Source: Tubulanus polymorphus
Lineage: Eukaryota > Animalia > Nemertea
Reading direction: 5' to 3'
Length of the DNA stretch: 64,000 bases
NCBI RefSeq assembly: GCF_964204645.1
Contig: NC_134032.1
Location: forward strand, 15,116,275 to 15,180,274
A program made the position numbers and the translations under genes. Of the stretch, positions 13,215-27,300 are shown piece after piece (positions within the stretch are counted from its first letter, which is position 1; each line of letters begins with the position of its first letter). Under the pieces are notes generated by a model. It saw only the letters and a program-made list of their open reading frames with translations, did not search any database and was not told where the DNA came from.

Positions 13215-13540
13215 TACAACAATGTACAGTTACAACAATGTACAGCTACAACAATGTACAGTTAAAACTATATACAGTTAAAACTATGTACAGTTAAAAC
13301 TATATACAATTGTGAAACTAAGTACTGTTAAGACTATATACAATTAAAACTATGTACAGTTAAAACTATGTACTATTAAAACTATATACAGTTAAAACTA
13401 TGTACAGTTAAAACTATATACAATTGAAACTATGTACAGTTAAGACTATATACTGTACAGTTAAGACTATATACAATTAAAACTATGTACAATTAAAACT
13501 ATGTACAGTTAAAACTATGTACAATTAAAACTATGTACAA
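13215..13540. repeat. 16-bp satellite (AAAACTATRTACARTT), block 1
   Basis: Directly visible. Confidence 0.9.
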
Positions 13541-14001
13541 AAGTCAGGGCAGTTTAACGTCTTACCCCAGGACAAATTCATCCGCAGAACTGGTCCCAGA
13601 GTCAAAGCAAACCCAAACAACTGTGTGATTGGATCCAGACTCAAATCGAAACCAGAGAGTTAGTCACATCCAGAAAACTGTGGAACTGAATCCCGACACA
13701 GGCAGCCAGTAACAACAGAACCATCGCGTCCTGTAAGCTACAAACTAATCAAAGTTTCCAATAAAAAATCACTCAAGTCGGTTAAAAGTTTACTCCAGAC
13801 TAGATAAGCCTTCGAGATAGAAAGTGAAGACCAACTCAGAATTCATATCTGAGTTCAAAGAATGCCTCAAACACGTGCGATCAATTGATCTAACAAAAAG
13901 CCAGGGTTATACCATAGTTAACATAGACAGTAATATCACCTCACCCATGTGCAGGATGATATCTGTACACATGTACAGTGTTCACCTGTACACTGTTCTA
14001 C

Positions 14002-16162
14002 AGTAATACCGGTCCGAACTAACTACCACGTTAAATCATCTAGTAATACCGGTCCGAACTAACTACCACGTTCAATCATCTAGTAATACCGGTACGAACT
14101 TACTACCACGTTCAATCATCTAGTAATACCGGTCCGAACTAACTACCACGTTCAATCATCTAGTAATACCGGTACGAACTAACTACCACGTTCAATCATC
14201 TAGTAATACCGGTCCGAACTAACTACCACGTTCAATCATCTAGTAATACCGGTCCGAACTTACTACCACGTTCAATCATCTAGTAATACAGGTCCGAACT
14301 AACTACTACGTTCAATCATCTAGTAATACCGGTACGAACTAACTACCACGTTCAATCATCTAGTAATACCGGTCCGAACTAACTACCACGTTCAATCATC
14401 TAGTAATACCGGTCCGAACTAACTACTACGTTCAATCATCTAGTAATACCGGTCCGAACTAACTACTACGTTCAATCATCTAGTAATACCGGTCCGAACT
14501 AACTACCACATTCAATCATCTAGTAATACCGGTCCGAACTAACTACCACATTCAATCATCTAGTAATACTGGTCCGAACTAACAACTACGTTCAATCATC
14601 TAGTAATACTGGTCCGAACTAACAACTACGTTCAATCATCTAGTAATACCGGTCTGAACTAACTACCACGTTCAATCATCTAGTAATACCGGTCTGAACT
14701 AACTACCACGTTCAATCATCTAGTAATACCGGTCCGAACTAACTACCACGTTCAATCATCTAGTAATACCGGTCTGAACTAACTACCACGTTCAATCATC
14801 TAGTAATACCGGTCCGAACTAACTACCACGTTTAATCATCTAGTAATACCGGTCCGAACTAACTACTACGTTCAATCATCTAGTAATACCGGTCTGAACT
14901 AACTACCACGTTCAATCATCTAGTAATACCGGTCCGAACTAACTACCACGTTTAATCATCTAGTAATACCGGTACGAACTAACTACCACGTTCAATCATC
15001 TAGTAATACCGGTCCGAACTAACTACCACGTTCAATCATCTAGTAATACCGGTCCGAACTAACTACTACGTTCAATCATCTAGTAATACCGGTACGAACT
15101 TACTACCACGTTCAATCATCTAGTAATACCGGTCCGAACTAACTACCACGTTCAATCATCTAGTAATACCGGTCCTAACTTACTACCACGTTTAATCATC
15201 TAGTAATACCGGTCCGAACTAACTACTACGTTCAATCATCTAGTAATACCGGTACGAACTAACTACCACGTTCAATCATCTAGTAATACCGGTCCGAACT
15301 AACTACCACGTTCAATCATCTAGTAATACCGGTCCGAACTAACTACTACGTTCAATCATCTAGTAATACCGGTACGAACTAACTACCACGTTCAATCATC
15401 TAGTAATACCGGTCCGAACTAACTACTACGTTCAATCACTTAGTAATACCGGTCCTAACTTACTACCACGTTTAATCATCTAGTAATACTGGTCCTAACT
15501 TACTACCATGTTCAATCATCTAGTAATACCGGTCCGAACTAACTACCACGTTCAATCATCTAGTAATACCGGTCCTAACTTACTACCACGTTTAATCATC
15601 TAGTAATACCGGTCCGAACTAACTACCACGTTCAATCATCTAGTAATACCGGTACGAACTAACTACCACGTTCAATCATCTAGTAATACCGGTCCGAACT
15701 AACTACTACGTTCAATCATCTAGTAATACCGGTACGAACTAACTACCACGTTCAATCATCTAGTAATACCGGTCCGAACTAACTACCACGTTCAATCATC
15801 TAGTAATACCGGTCCGAACTAACTACCACGTTCAATCATCTAGTAATACCGGTCCGAACTAACTACCACGTTCAATCATCTAGTAATACCGGTCCGAACT
15901 AACTACCACATTCAATCATCTAGTAATACCGGTCCGAACTAACTACTACGTTCAATCATCTAGTAATACCGGTACGAACTTACTACCACGTTCAATCATC
16001 TAGTAATACCGGTACGAACTAACTACCACGTTCAATCATCTAGTAATACCGGTCCGAACTAACTACCACGTTCAATCATCTAGTAATACCGGTCCGAACT
16101 AACTACCACGTTCAATCATCTAGTAATACCGGTCCGAACTAACTACTACGTTCAATCATCTA
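14002..16162. repeat. 40-bp satellite x54
   Basis: Unit TAGTAATACCGGTCCGAACTAACTACCACGTTCAATCATC, no indels seen. Confidence 0.97.
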
Positions 16163-16274
16163 TCAGCCATAGAAATACAACCAGACAACGAGCGGATTAA
16201 ACAAGCAGGCTTCACGAGTGGGCTTAATAAGTGAGCATAACCAGCCGGCTTAATGAACAGCCTTCACGAGCCGG

Positions 16275-16382
16275 GAGAGGGAGAGAGAGAGAGCGAGGGG
16301 GAGAGAGAGAGAGCGAGGGGGAGAGAGAGAGAGAGCGAGGGGGAGAGAGAGAGAGAGCGAGGGAGAGAGAGAGAGCGAGGGG

Positions 16383-16422
<40 letters not shown>
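16275..16422. repeat. (GA)n compound microsatellite
   Basis: Directly visible. Confidence 0.9.
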
Positions 16423-16557
16423 TAGAAAAAGGGAGGAAGAAAAAAGAAAAAGAGAGATGTAGAAAAAGAGAGGGGGACCTGTATGTATATATATACATAT
16501 ATATGTTCTTCAAGATGGTCGCCATAGACACAAAGTGGACGGAGAATTAAAAAGAAC

Positions 16558-17288
16558 CTATATACACTATACAACTAAAACTATATACAGTTGAAACTAT
16601 GTACAGTTAAAACTATATACAGTTAAAACTATATACAACTAAAACTATGTACAATCAAAACTATGTACAACTAAAACTATATACAGTTGAAACTATATAC
16701 AACTAAAACTATATACAACTAAAACTATATACAACTAAAACTATATACAACTAAAACTATATACAACTAAAACTATGTACAGTTGAAACTATATACAACT
16801 AAAACTATGTACAGTTAAAACTACGTACAGTTGAAACTATATACAACTAAAACTATATACAGTTGAAACTATATACAGTGAAAACTATATACAATTAAAA
16901 CTATGTACAGTTGAAACTATATACAACTAAAACTATATACAGTTGAAACTATATACAGTGAAAACTATATACAATTAAAACTATGCACAGTTAAAACTAT
17001 ATACAACTAAAACTATGTACAGTTGAAACTATATACAACTAAAACTATATACAACTAAAACTATATACAGTTGAAACTATATACAACTAAAACTATGTAC
17101 AGTTAAAACTATATACACTTGAAACTATATACAACTAAAACTATATACAACTAAAACTATATACAATTAAAACTATATACAATCAAAACTATATACAATT
17201 AAAACTTTGTACAGTTAAAACTATGTACAATTAAAACTATGTACAAGTAAAACTTTGTACAATTAAAATTATATACAATCAAAACTAT
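16558..17288. repeat. 16-bp satellite, block 2
   Basis: Same unit as 13215-13540. Confidence 0.92.
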
Positions 17289-19212
17289 TAAACGCACCGA
17301 ACTGTGGAACTGAGTCCAGGTGTAATTAAACGCACCGAACTGTGGAACTGAGTCCAGGTGTAATTAAACGCATCGAACTGTGGAACTGGATCCAGGTGTA
17401 ATTAAACGCACCGAACTGTGGAACTGAGTCCAGGTGTAATTAAACGCACCGAACTGTGGAACTGAGTCCAGGTGTAATTAAACGCATCGAACTGTGGAAC
17501 TGGATCCAGGTGTAATTAAACGCACCGAACTGTGGAACTGAGTCCAGGTGTAATTAAACGCATCGAACTGTGGAACTGGATCCAGGTGTAATTAAACGCA
17601 CCGAACTGTGGAACTGAGTCCAGGTGTAATTAAACGCACCGAACTGTGGAACTGAGTCCAGGTGTAATTAAACGCATCGAACTGTGGAACTGAGTCCAGG
17701 TGTAATTAAACGCATCGAACTGTGGAACTGGATCCAGGTGTAATTAAACGCACCGAACTGTGGAACTGAGTCCAGGTGTAATTAAACGCACCGAACTGTG
17801 GAACTGAGTCCAGGTATAATTAAACGCACCGAACTGTGGAACTGAGTCCAGGTCTAATTAAACGCACCGAACTGTGGAACTGAGTCCAGGTGTAATTAAA
17901 CGCACCGAACTGTGGAACTGAGTCCAGGTGTAATTAAACGCATCGAACTGTGGAACTGAGTCCAGGTGTAATTAAACGCATCGAACTGTGGAACTGGATC
18001 CAGGTGTAATTAAACGCACCGAACTGTGGAACTGAGTCCAGGTGTAATTAAACGCACCGAACTGTGGAACTGAGTCCAGGTATAATTAAACGCACCGAAC
18101 TGTGGAACTGAGTCCAGGTCTAATTAAACGCACCGAACTGTGGAACTGAGTCCAGGTGTAATTAAACGCACCGAACTGTGGAACTGAGTCCAGGTGTAAT
18201 TAAACGCACCGAACTGTGGAACTGAGTCCAGGTGTAATTAAACGCATCGATCTGTGGAACTGAGTCCAGGTGTAATTAAACGCACCGAACTGTGGAACTG
18301 AGTCCAGGTATAATTTAACGCACCGAACTGTGGAACTGAGTCCAGGTATAATTAAACGCACTGAACTGTGGAACTGAGTCCAGGTATAATTAAACGCACC
18401 GAACTGTGGAACTGAGTCCAGGTATAATTAAACGCAACGAACTGTGGAACTGAGTCCAGGTGTAATTAAACGCACCGAACTGTGGAACTGAGTCCAGGTA
18501 TAATTAAACGCACCGAACTGTGGAACTGAGTCCAGGTATAATTAAACGCACCGAACTGTGGAACTGAGTCCAGGTATAATTAAACGCACCGAACTGTGGA
18601 ACTGAGTCCAGGTATAATTAAACGCACCGAACTGTGGAACTGAGTCCAGGTATAATTAAACGCACCGAACTGTGGAACTGAGTCCAGGTATAATTAAACG
18701 CACCGAACTGTGGAACTGAGTCCAGGTATAATTAAACGCACCGAATTGTGGAACTGAGTCCAGGTATAATTAAACGCACCGAACTGTGGAACTGAGTCCA
18801 GGTATAATTAAACGCATCGAACTGTGGAACTGAGTCCAGGTATAATTAAACGCACCGAACTGTGGAACTGAGTCCAGGTGTAATTAAACGCACCGAACTG
18901 TGGAACTGAGTCCAGGTATAATTAAACGCACCGAACTGTGGAACTGAGTCCAGGTATAATTAAACGCACCGAACTGTGGAACTGAGTCCAGGTATAATTA
19001 AACGCACCGAACTGTGGAACTGAGTCCAGGTATAATTAAACGCACTGAACTGTGGAACTGAGTCCAGGTATAATTAAACGCACTGAACTGTGGAACTGAG
19101 TCCAGGTATAATTAAACGCACCGAACTGTGGAACTGAGTCCAGGTATAATTAAACGCACCGAACTGTGGAACTGAGTCCACGTATAATTAAACGCACCGA
19201 ACTGTGGAACTG
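17288..19212. repeat. 38-bp satellite x~50 downstream of copy A
   Basis: Unit AACGCACCGAACTGTGGAACTGAGTCCAGGTRTAATTA. Confidence 0.97.
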
Positions 19213-19322
19213 TAGAATGCTGTTGAAGCTGTTGTGTTATTCATTTGGGTATATGTTATAATTGATTTTTTTTCAGTGAAGGCATATTAGGTGCACATGA
19301 ACGTCTCATGCGTTCAAGGCAC

Positions 19323-19715
19323 CTAATATCCCTTCACTGAAAGAATATTTTTCAAATCAGTTAACAAATCCGGAATTGTCCCAGAACGCAGCCGCTCCTC
19401 CCACATTCCATCCGTATGTCGGGCCACCACCTCTACCTCTCGGGCCACTCGATCACTCGCCAGCTTTTTGGCGAGTGAACGAGTGACCGCCCGAGATACG
19501 GATGGAGGAGCAGGAGGAGCAGGACCCGCACCATCCCCAGCCCCACCACCATCCCTCCTCGGCCTCTTCCTATTTATTCTTACCCCTTCCTCCTGATTGC
19601 CTTGATCAGCCGCACCATCCGCAGGGGCTACTCTTGCCTCCCCTCCCTGAGGAGCCACGACCACCGGAACTTTTCTTTTTCGTTTTGTTCTTGTTTTTTT
19701 AGGCGGTGGTCGTGT
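19323..19715 (-). CDS. Terminal coding exon of copy A (130 aa; KRKRK and RKRPRR basic motifs; C-terminal LASDRVAREVEVVARHTDGMWEERLRSG motif)
   Basis: Acceptor ttttttctctttacag at 19716-19717; open frame to TAG (ORF track 19323..19664); a near-identical inverted copy lies at 38909-39301. Confidence 0.8.
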   Translation of the reverse strand, partial: TRPPPKKTRTKRKRKVPVVVAPQGGEARVAPADGAADQGNQEEGVRINRKRPRRDGGGAGDGAGPAPPAPPSVSRAVTRSLAKKLASDRVAREVEVVARHTDGMWEERLRSGTIPDLLTDLKNILSVKGY

Positions 19716-21309
19716 CTGTAAAGAGAAAAAATAAAAAATTTGTTTAGCATAAAATTAAATATCAGTATTAAAAATCGAAATGAGAAAACCAGCGATTCAA
19801 CAAATAAACACCTATACGTAGTTAAGATATTTGGCAATTGGCCGGGGGGGGGGGGAGAGGTGCGGGGAGGTTGGGAGGGAGTTTTAATACTAGGCTGTCA
19901 TGTGATACAAATATCAGAAGTCTACAGCCTTCTTGTAAAAGTCGGCCTCTGCACACGGGCCACGGTGCCGAACTCATTAACTTGTTTTCCAACCGAGTTG
20001 CCCCGATGACAAAATCGGATTATGTTTGTCAGGAAATATTTGAAATGATATTCAGAGACGTGTCATGCACGCATTGAACAATCTTCATCGAGAGGCTAGA
20101 GGAGTATTTCAGCCAATCACCAGTCGGACGGCATGACTCCGCAGATGGCGCTGATCGGCGAAAATATCCGTTATTCGAAAAAAAATTACTCGGATCGAAA
20201 CGGTTTTACATGGAAATCTATAATTCCATTAATAGGTTTTTGTTGAATTTGTTGTTAACTAGACGTATAGGATTATAGAATATTTACTGAACAACTGAAT
20301 TCTGAGTTGAGTGATAACTGTGCAGACTCAAAACATTGAATTCAATTCATCTTTCAAACTCAAATAGAATAAGACAAAACAAATAAAGATTCTTACCTCC
20401 GTCAGATCTCCTTCAGACAGCCGTCCCCGGACTCTTTCCGACCATCTTTTGGCACCCGGGGGCGGCTGTCTGACAGGCCGCTGCTGAGGCGAATTTCCCT
20501 GAGGTTGTGGGGGAGGGGCAGCAGCGGGCGACAAAGGATTCACCGGTGGTGGGATCCTATCTGGTACCAAGTTTCGCGCAAAATCCTCAATGGGCCCCCT
20601 AAAGGGGCACTCCTGTAGAATATCTATGACTGTAAAATAGAAAGAGAGAAATACATTAAACAACGAGTCAAAGGGTTTCAAACGCTGTAAATATGAATAT
20701 TATCCCACCAGGGGGCGCCTGACACTATTAAAATGTAATATCAATGGTTATTGCGTTGATTTAGCCGCAATCGCTGATCAGACTAGGAAAAGATCAGTAA
20801 TTTAAACAGTTTTACTTTGTTGTAAGGTTGCATGATTATTTGTCACATTACAATTTCTTAATGATTCAACGAAAAATGTAGTTTTTCTAACTGCGACGAA
20901 TTGTTTGTCGCTACGAGCAAATTGAGTATCAGAGATTCTAAACTTTGTGGGGCTAATAATTGGTTGAATATTTTGACTAGATTTTGAGATATCAGGTGAC
21001 ACTCTAATAGCTGCCCTTAAGGATATTGTATGAAAATAGTTGAACTACTTACACTCAGGTAGAAACAAGCTGACGAACTCCTCTCGCCGGAACGCACGTC
21101 GAATACGGAATGCTAGTGCTGTAAAAACAATAATACAATTCATTAAAATCACATACATTAATTACAAAACTAGTTTGAATTCTAAAGCAGTTTGTCAGAG
21201 GTGAACTGTGGATCCTGAAACAGAACGCCGCCGCCGGGTCCAGTGCCGGAACAACGATTCTGTTCTTCTAACTCTATCGAGGAGGTTGCCCCAAAACAGA
21301 TCAATCGGG

Positions 21310-21340
<31 letters not shown>

Positions 21341-24300
21341 TCTGAGATCTGTCTGTAATTAGCTGTAAATTTGTCATTTATTTATCCTTCACTCCGTGCA
21401 TATAGTTCACATACAACCCGTGCGGTGGCGCTATTTATGATGTTATCTATGACAATCAACACAAGCACGTGTGCGCGCTAGTACATGGAGCCTATGCATA
21501 ATTGATAAAATAAACATTGATTGTTCACTGTATTCACAGACCTACGGCACTATTATTTTAAAGATTTCGTTAGCAATTCACTACTTTTCTAAAAATCACT
21601 ATTTTTGATTTAATGGTTTAAATTCTCTCTCTTATCATCAGAGCATCAGAAAATTCACTATTTTTCTAAAAATCATTATTTTTGATTTAACGGTTTAAAT
21701 TCTCTCCTCATCATCAGAGCATCAGAAAATTCACTATTTTTCTAAAAATCACTATTTTTGATTTAATGGTTTCAATTCTCTCTCTTTTTATCAGAGCATC
21801 AGAAAATTCACTATTTTTTTAACTAAAAATCACTATTTTTGATTTAACGGTTTAAATTCTCTCCTCATCATCAGAGCATCAGAAAATTCACTATTTTTCT
21901 AAAAATCCCTATTTTTGATTAATCGGTTTAAATTCTCTCCTCATCATCAGAGCATCAGAAAATTCACTATTTTTCTAAAAATCCCTATTTTTGATTAATC
22001 GGTTTAAATTCTCTCCTCATCATCAGAGCATCAGAAAATTCACTATTTTTCTAAAAATCACTATTTTTGATTTAATGGTTTAAATTCTCTCTCTTTTTAT
22101 CAGAGCATCAGAAAATTCACTATTTTTCTAAAAATCGCTATTTTTGATTTATCGGTTTAAATTCTCTCTCTCATCATCAGAGCATCAGAAAATTCACTAT
22201 TTTTTTAAAAATCACTATTTTTGATTCAACGGTTTCAATTCTCTCTCTTTTTATCAGAGCATCAGAAAATTCACTATTTTTCTAAAAATCCCTATTTTTG
22301 ATTAATCGGTTTAAATTCTCTCCTCATCATCAGAGCATCAGAAAATTCACTATTTTTTTTACTAAAAATCATTATTTTTGATTTAACGGTTTAAATTCTC
22401 TCTCTCATCATCAGAGCATCAGAAAATTCACTATTTTTCTAAAAATCCCTATTTTTGATTAATCGGTTTAAATTCTCTCCTCATCATCAGAGCATCAGAA
22501 AATTCACTATTTTTTTTACTAAAAATCATTATTTTTGATTTATCGGTTTAAATTCTGTCTCTTTTCATCAGATCATCAGAAAATTCACTATTTTTTTTTA
22601 CAAAAAATTATTATTTTTGATTTATCGGTTTAAATTCTCTCTCTTTTCATCAGAGCATCAGAAAATTCACTATTTTTCTAAAAATCCCTATTTTTGATTA
22701 ATCGGTTTAAATTCTCTCTCTTTTCATCAGAGCATCAGAAAATTCACTATTTTCTCACTAAAAATCATTATTTTTGATTTATCGGTTTAAATTCTCTCTC
22801 TTTCACAGAGCATCAGAAAATTCACTATTTTTTTACTAAAAATTATTATTTTTGATTTATCGGTTTAAATTCTCTCTCTTATCATCAGAGCATCAGAAAA
22901 TTCACTATTTTTTACTAAAAATCATTATTTTTGATTTATCGGTTTAAATTCTGTCTCTTTTCATCAGAGCATCAGAAAATTGACTATTTTTCTAAAAATC
23001 ATTATTTATGATTAATCGGTTTAAATTCTCTCTCTTTTCATCAGAGCATCAGAAAATTCACTATTTTTTTACTAAAAATTATTATTTTTGATTTATCGGT
23101 TTCAATTCTCTCTCTTTTCATCAGAGCATCAGAAAATTCACTATTTTTTACTAAAAATTATTTTTTTTGATTTATCGGTTTCAATTCTCTCTCTTTTCAT
23201 CAGAGCATCAGAGAATTCACTATTTTTTTACTAAAAATTATTATTTTTGATTTATCGGTTTAAATTCTCTCTCTTTTCATCAGAGCATCAGAAAATTCAC
23301 TATTTTTTTACTAAAAATTATTATTTTTGATTTATCGGTTTAAATTCTCTCTCTTTTCATCAGAGCATCAGAGAATTCACTATTTTTTTACTAAAAATTA
23401 TTAATTTTTGATTTATCGGTTTCAATTCTCTCTCTTTCACAGAGCATCAGAAAATTCACAATTTTTTTACTAAAAATTATTATTTTTGATTTATCGGTTT
23501 CAATTCTCTCTCTTTTCATCATGTTCTTCTAGTTCTTTTAAGGTTGCAGCAAAACAGACCAAATTAATCAGGTTAATTCTGAATGTTTAAAACTCAAGGA
23601 AATTTGGGAATTTAATGGCAGTAAATGGTATTTCGGGCCATCCTATTGTAATTGATATTGCTCCCCTGCCAGTGGTGGTTCACCTGCCAGTTAAAATAAG
23701 TGTCATTTGAAAAAGTTGATAATTATTTAACTGGTCCAAGCAAATACCGGCAAATAAAAATCTAAACAAGAACAAATTGACTAAAATGGACTAAATTTTG
23801 GTCAGTGTCAATTTGTAATGAAATGTCTTATATTAGAACATTCTTTAAAACTCAACAAATGATTTCAGGGATGAGATGAGGCACATTTTTTTCATATTGC
23901 TATTTCTACCTTTTGGCATTTCTTCACACATAACACAAAAATATTTTATGCAAGAATTGCATAGTTAAACATGTTTATGACAAAGTAACAATTATGACCT
24001 GTAATTAGGGTACTATAAAAATCAGTGACTGACACTAACCTACGAACACATGTACATGAACTACAAACATGTACATGTACTCCAAACATGTACCTGTACT
24101 ATGAACTTTCTTGGGTCAAATCAGAGATAGATAAATACATACAGCCTGTGAGGAAAACTATGTAGGAAACACAAGACTTTTCAAAAATCAAAGTTTCCAA
24201 AATTTTCAGATTTTTCAATCAAAAAACTACTTTTCAGATATGTTCATGTTTTTTTTCATATTTTTCCCAGGAATCTCCTCATCGCTGTGATTTTGATAGA

Positions 24301-27300
24301 TCCTGAGCAAGTGTATTAAAGCCAGATACAATCTAGCGTGAAGGCCGCCTCAACAACTACACCGCGACAATTCATTGGTAACGCCAGAAACTTTACCCAA
24401 CTATTAGACATCGGCATCAAAGCCTAAAAATCTCACAATGAAAATGAGATTAAACAGACCAGTGTTACGTGTAAAAGCCGGCCGGCCACAACATCGAAGC
24501 CACTCTTAAGCTAAAGCTAGGGGCACACAGCTATAAAGCTAAAGCTAGGGGCACACGAGCTATAAAGCTAAAGTTAGTGGCACACAGCTATAAAGCTAAA
24601 GCTAGGGGCACACAGCTATAAAGCTTAAGCTAGGGGCACACGAGCTATAAAGCTAAAGCTAGGGGCACATGAGCTATGAAGCTTAAGGTAGGGGCACACA
24701 GCTATAAAGCTAAAGCTAGGGGCACACAGCTATAAAGCTAAAGCTAGGGGCACACGAGCTATAAAGCTAAAGCTAGGGGCACATGAGCTATGAAGCTTAA
24801 GGTAGGGGCACACAGCTATAAAGCTAAAGTTAGTGGCACACAGCTATAAAGCTAAAGCTAGGGGCACATGAGCTATGAAGCTTAAGCTAGGGGCACACAG
24901 CTATAAAGCTAAAGCTAGGGGCACACGAGCTATAAAGCTAAAGCTAGGGGCACATGAGCTATGAAGCTTAAGCTAGGGGCACACGAGCTATAAAGCTAAA
25001 GCTAGGGGCACATGAGCTATAAAGCTAAAGCTAGGGGCACATGAGCTATGAAGCTTAAGGTAGGGGCACACAGCTATAAAGCTAAAGCTAGGGGCACACG
25101 AGCTATAAAGCTAAAGCTAGGGGCACATGAGCTATGAAGCTTAAGGTAGGGGCACACAGCTATAAAGCTAAAGCTAGGGGCACACGAGCTATAAAGCTAA
25201 AGCTAGGGGCACATGAGCTATGAAGCTTAAGGTAGGGGCACACAGCTATAAAGCTAAAGCTAGGGGCACACGAGCTATAAAGCTAAAGCTAGGGGCACAT
25301 GAGCTATGAAGCTTAAGGTAGGGGCACACAGCTATAAAGCTAAAGCTAGGGGCACACGAGCTATAAAGCTAAAGCTAGGGGCACACGAGCTACGATTAAC
25401 AATCTTCAAGTTGTTTGTAGTCCAACTGACTAACTTTACTCACAAATGACGCCGTGCATCAACATGGGATTTTTGACACCGTAGAACATCCTTATCATTT
25501 TTCTTTTAAAGTTTAGTCGATGTTAATCGGATGAGAATTTTAAATTTCATCTAGTTCATAACTTTTAAAGAGGGCAATAATACATTCGACGATGAACCGG
25601 TTTACTCAACTGAAAGACGCTAGCTGCCTACGCGCATGAATAAGTGCCAGTCTTATCGCTAAGCCTCGTATTATAACCAACAATGAAAGGAACCGAGATT
25701 TTCTGACTAAGATTTTAAATTTTTTAACGTTATTACGAAAAATAAACCTACGAAAGTGATGTAATTTCGTTGACAAGAAGTTAAGCAAGAAAGCTAGCGA
25801 CGATGAAAATGAACTCTAATGATTCCATAAAAATTTGATGGATTAAAGCTAAAAATGATATCGTACATTGTCTTTACCAAGCCTGTCATAGAGTTATGAT
25901 AACTGGTCATTTTAACAAAATAAAAATAGATTGAATGCTATGAAATTGAATTTAAAGAATGAACTTACTACGAGCTTGAAGTGCTGGAGGCGTCTCCGGC
26001 GGGAGGAGTGGTCCACTGTCGTCGAAACTCTGTAAATAGTAATAATTTAATAATTAAAATTGGAAAAGCGGCCGCTAACTACAGCAGTAGTTCACAGAAA
26101 TACTGAAATGAACAAGGTCTGAGAAATAAATCATATTAAGATCATCATACAATTTGTCGGGGCATTGGCACCTACACCATGGCGCGTGTTATCTATAACT
26201 GATAGTAAACGCCACCTACACCATGGCGCGTGTTATCTATAACTGATAGTAAATGCCACCTACACCGTGGCGCATGTTATCTATAACTGATAGTAAACGC
26301 CACCTACACCGTGGTGCGTGTTATCTATAACTGATAGTAAACGCCACCTACACCGTGGCACGTGTTATCTATAACTGATAGTAAACGCCACCTACACTGT
26401 GGTGCGTGTTATCTATAACTGATAGTAAACGCCACCTACACCGTGGCACGTGTTATCTATAACTGATAGTGAACGCCACCTACACCGTGGCGCGTGTTAT
26501 CTATAACTGATAGTGAATGCCACCTACACCGTGGCGCGTGTTATCTATAACTGATAGTAAACGCCACCTACACCGTGGCGCGTGTTATCTATAACTGATA
26601 GTAAACGCCACCTACACCGTGGCGCGTGTTATCTATAACTGATAGTAAACGCCACCTACACCGTGGTGCGTGTTATCTATAACTGATAGTGAATGCCACC
26701 TACACCGTGGCGCGTGTTATCTATAACTGATAGTAAACGCCACCTACACTGTGGCGCGTGTTATCTATAACTGATAGTAAACGCCACCTACACCATGGCG
26801 CGTGTTATCTATAACTGATAGTAAACGCCACCTACACCGTGGTGCGTGTTATCTATAACTGATAGTAAACGCCACCTACACCATGGCGCATGTTATCTAT
26901 AACTGATAGTAAACGCCACCTACACCGTGGCGCGTGTTATCTATAACTGATAGTAAACGCCACCTACACCATGGCGCGTGTTATCTATAACTGATAGTAA
27001 ACGCCACCTACACCGTGGCGCGTGTTATCTATAACTGATAGTAAACGCCACCTACACCATGGCGCGTGTTATCTATAACTGATAGTAAACGCCACCTACA
27101 CTGTGGCGCGTGTTATCTATAACTGATAGTAAACGCCACCTACACTGTGGCGCGTGTTATCTATAACTGATAGTGAACGCCACCTACACCATGGCGCGTG
27201 TTATCTATAACTGATAGTAAACGCCACCTACACCGTGGCGCGTGTTATCTATAACTGATAGTAAACGCCACCTACACTGTGGCGCGTGTTATCTATAACT

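Noticed and set aside
16224-16574. RE-rich and SL-rich ORFs
   Set aside because: (GA)n microsatellite.
14002-19212. Regular 38-40-bp periodic arrays resembling CRISPR
   Set aside because: Units are contiguous with no unique spacers, there are no cas genes, and the context is eukaryotic.
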